A DNA stretch of 64,000 nucleotides from positions 416,001 through 480,000 of the forward strand of contig CAWETI010000002.1 in NCBI GenBank assembly GCA_963812015.1. The letters run 5' to 3'. The stretch is from an uncultured delta proteobacterium (GTDB lineage: Bacteria > Desulfobacterota > Desulfobaccia > Desulfobaccales > 0-14-0-80-60-11). A program made the translations under genes and the position numbers. The notes beneath the pieces were generated by a model. That model searched no databases. It worked only from the letters and a program-made list of their open reading frames with translations, and had not been told where the DNA came from. Below, one piece after another: positions 62,868-64,000 of the stretch (the stretch's first letter is position 1; each line of letters begins with the position of its first letter).

Positions 62868-63165
62868 AAAGCTCAGCTAGTAAGTTCAGGCCCAGTAAGG
62901 GTTTTGGGACTTTTTGCGGCCAGAAGTCACCTCCATTGACGTGAAAATAACTGGGTTTACCATGGCTCTTATGGCACGGGAAGAAAGATCATCTGCCCTG
63001 GTCTCGTTGGCAAAAGCGCTGTTCTCCCGGCCGACCATGGTGGAGTCCCAGGAAAGTGGTCCGTGGTTACCGGGGCAACGGTATTACCCTAGGGAATCTA
63101 TTCCCCCTGGCATTAAATCGCCGGTTCATGAGGGCCGGGACGAAGGAGGTGATCGATGCAATCAA

Positions 63166-64000
63166 ATGATGAATAAGATCTGCTCCCAGGATAACCTGCG
63201 GAATGCCTTCCGGAAGGTCGCAAAGAACAAAGGAAGTTCCGGGATCGACGGCGTGACCACTCAGGAGTTTGGTTCCTCCCTAAATGTCAACCTGACCACG
63301 CTGGCCAAGGAACTACTGTCAGGCCAGTATCAGCCACAATCCGTAAAGCGGGTATGGATCCCTAAGCCCGGCAGCACGGAAAGGAGACCGTTAGGAATCC
63401 CCACAGTCCGAGATCGTGTGGTTCAGGCTGCTGTGCTCCATGAGATTGAACCCATATTTGAAAGCTGCTTTGCGGATAACAGCTATGGGTTCCGGCCAGA
63501 CCGGGGAGCCACAGGCGCCTTACGGCGGGTAGACACCTTGCTAAAGGACGGCTATTGGCATGTGGTGGATGCGGATATCAAGGCATACTTCGACACGATA
63601 CCGCATGAGGCACTACTGGAGCTGGTGAGGAGGAGGGTCCATGATGAAAGAGTTATCCGGCTCATCCGGGCCTTCCTGGAAGCCGGAGTCATGGAGGATG
63701 GGGCGTCACTGTACCTGCCGGAGGAGGGTACACCACAGGGGGGAGTCATCAGTCCCCTGCTGGCTAATATTTACCTAGATCCCTTGGATCACGCAATGGT
63801 GAGACAGGGCTTGGCAATGATCCGGTACGCCGATGACTTCGTTATTCCGTGCCATAGCCGTAATGAAGCAGGGATGGCTTTGGATATGGTGATGGAATGG
63901 ATGGCGGCGGCGGGGCTTACTCTGCATCCAACCAAGACCAAGATAGTGGATGTGTATCAACCCGGTGATAACTTCGAATTCTTGGGCTACCGCTTCGAGG
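63166..64000 (+). CDS. Group II intron-type reverse transcriptase (partial, runs off the window)
   Basis: Hand-translated: NKGSSGIDGVT (RT0), IPKPG...RPLGIPTVRDRVVQ, SYGFRP, DADIKAYFDTI, GTPQGGVISPLLANIYL, RYADDF, FEFLGY. Confidence 0.93.
   Translation, partial: MMNKICSQDNLRNAFRKVAKNKGSSGIDGVTTQEFGSSLNVNLTTLAKELLSGQYQPQSVKRVWIPKPGSTERRPLGIPTVRDRVVQAAVLHEIEPIFESCFADNSYGFRPDRGATGALRRVDTLLKDGYWHVVDADIKAYFDTIPHEALLELVRRRVHDERVIRLIRAFLEAGVMEDGASLYLPEEGTPQGGVISPLLANIYLDPLDHAMVRQGLAMIRYADDFVIPCHSRNEAGMALDMVMEWMAAAGLTLHPTKTKIVDVYQPGDNFEFLGYRFE

Overview
GC-rich bacterial DNA. The gene content and a PEP-CTERM-type tail (GSGLLGLAGWRKFRKG) suggest a Desulfobacterota/Desulfobacca-like organism; this is inference only. 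The window has two parts. Positions 1-22.7 kb look mostly like core chromosome: AAA+ ATPase, TlpA-like thioredoxin, MutY, a NarL-type regulator with an ECF sigma and putative anti-sigma, sulfotransferase, cold-shock protein, mdtABC plus an outer-membrane factor, and a KdpDE-like two-component pair. At 22775-22802 there is an isolated tRNA-Pro 3' end, like an att-site remnant. Everything to its right is a mosaic island longer than 41 kb. It holds pseudogenes, an IS3-family element plus a solo IS end, and a transposase-less 789-bp IS1595-type cassette with a perfect 8-bp target duplication. It also carries a glgP/cax/K+ channel/RND module, a flavin-redox module, recD2 and ihfA, a membrane-anchored HEAT+NTPase, a hairpin-dense non-coding block followed by small genes (including an SSB-like one), and a type I R-M system whose hsdM has a premature TAA. 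A group II intron-type reverse transcriptase runs off the right edge; the ORF track missed it, and it has no recognisable intron 5' RNA. The most striking unexplained structure is a family of degenerate, same-orientation intergenic repeats (about 23.8, 30.7-30.9, 41.8-42.1, 45.2, 48.0-48.3 and 52.4-52.6 kb). They sit at cargo-module boundaries and share a core (GTTTAGTGTGG; 32 bp identical in two copies), suggesting an undescribed cassette or recombination-site array. All alignments and folds were done by eye.
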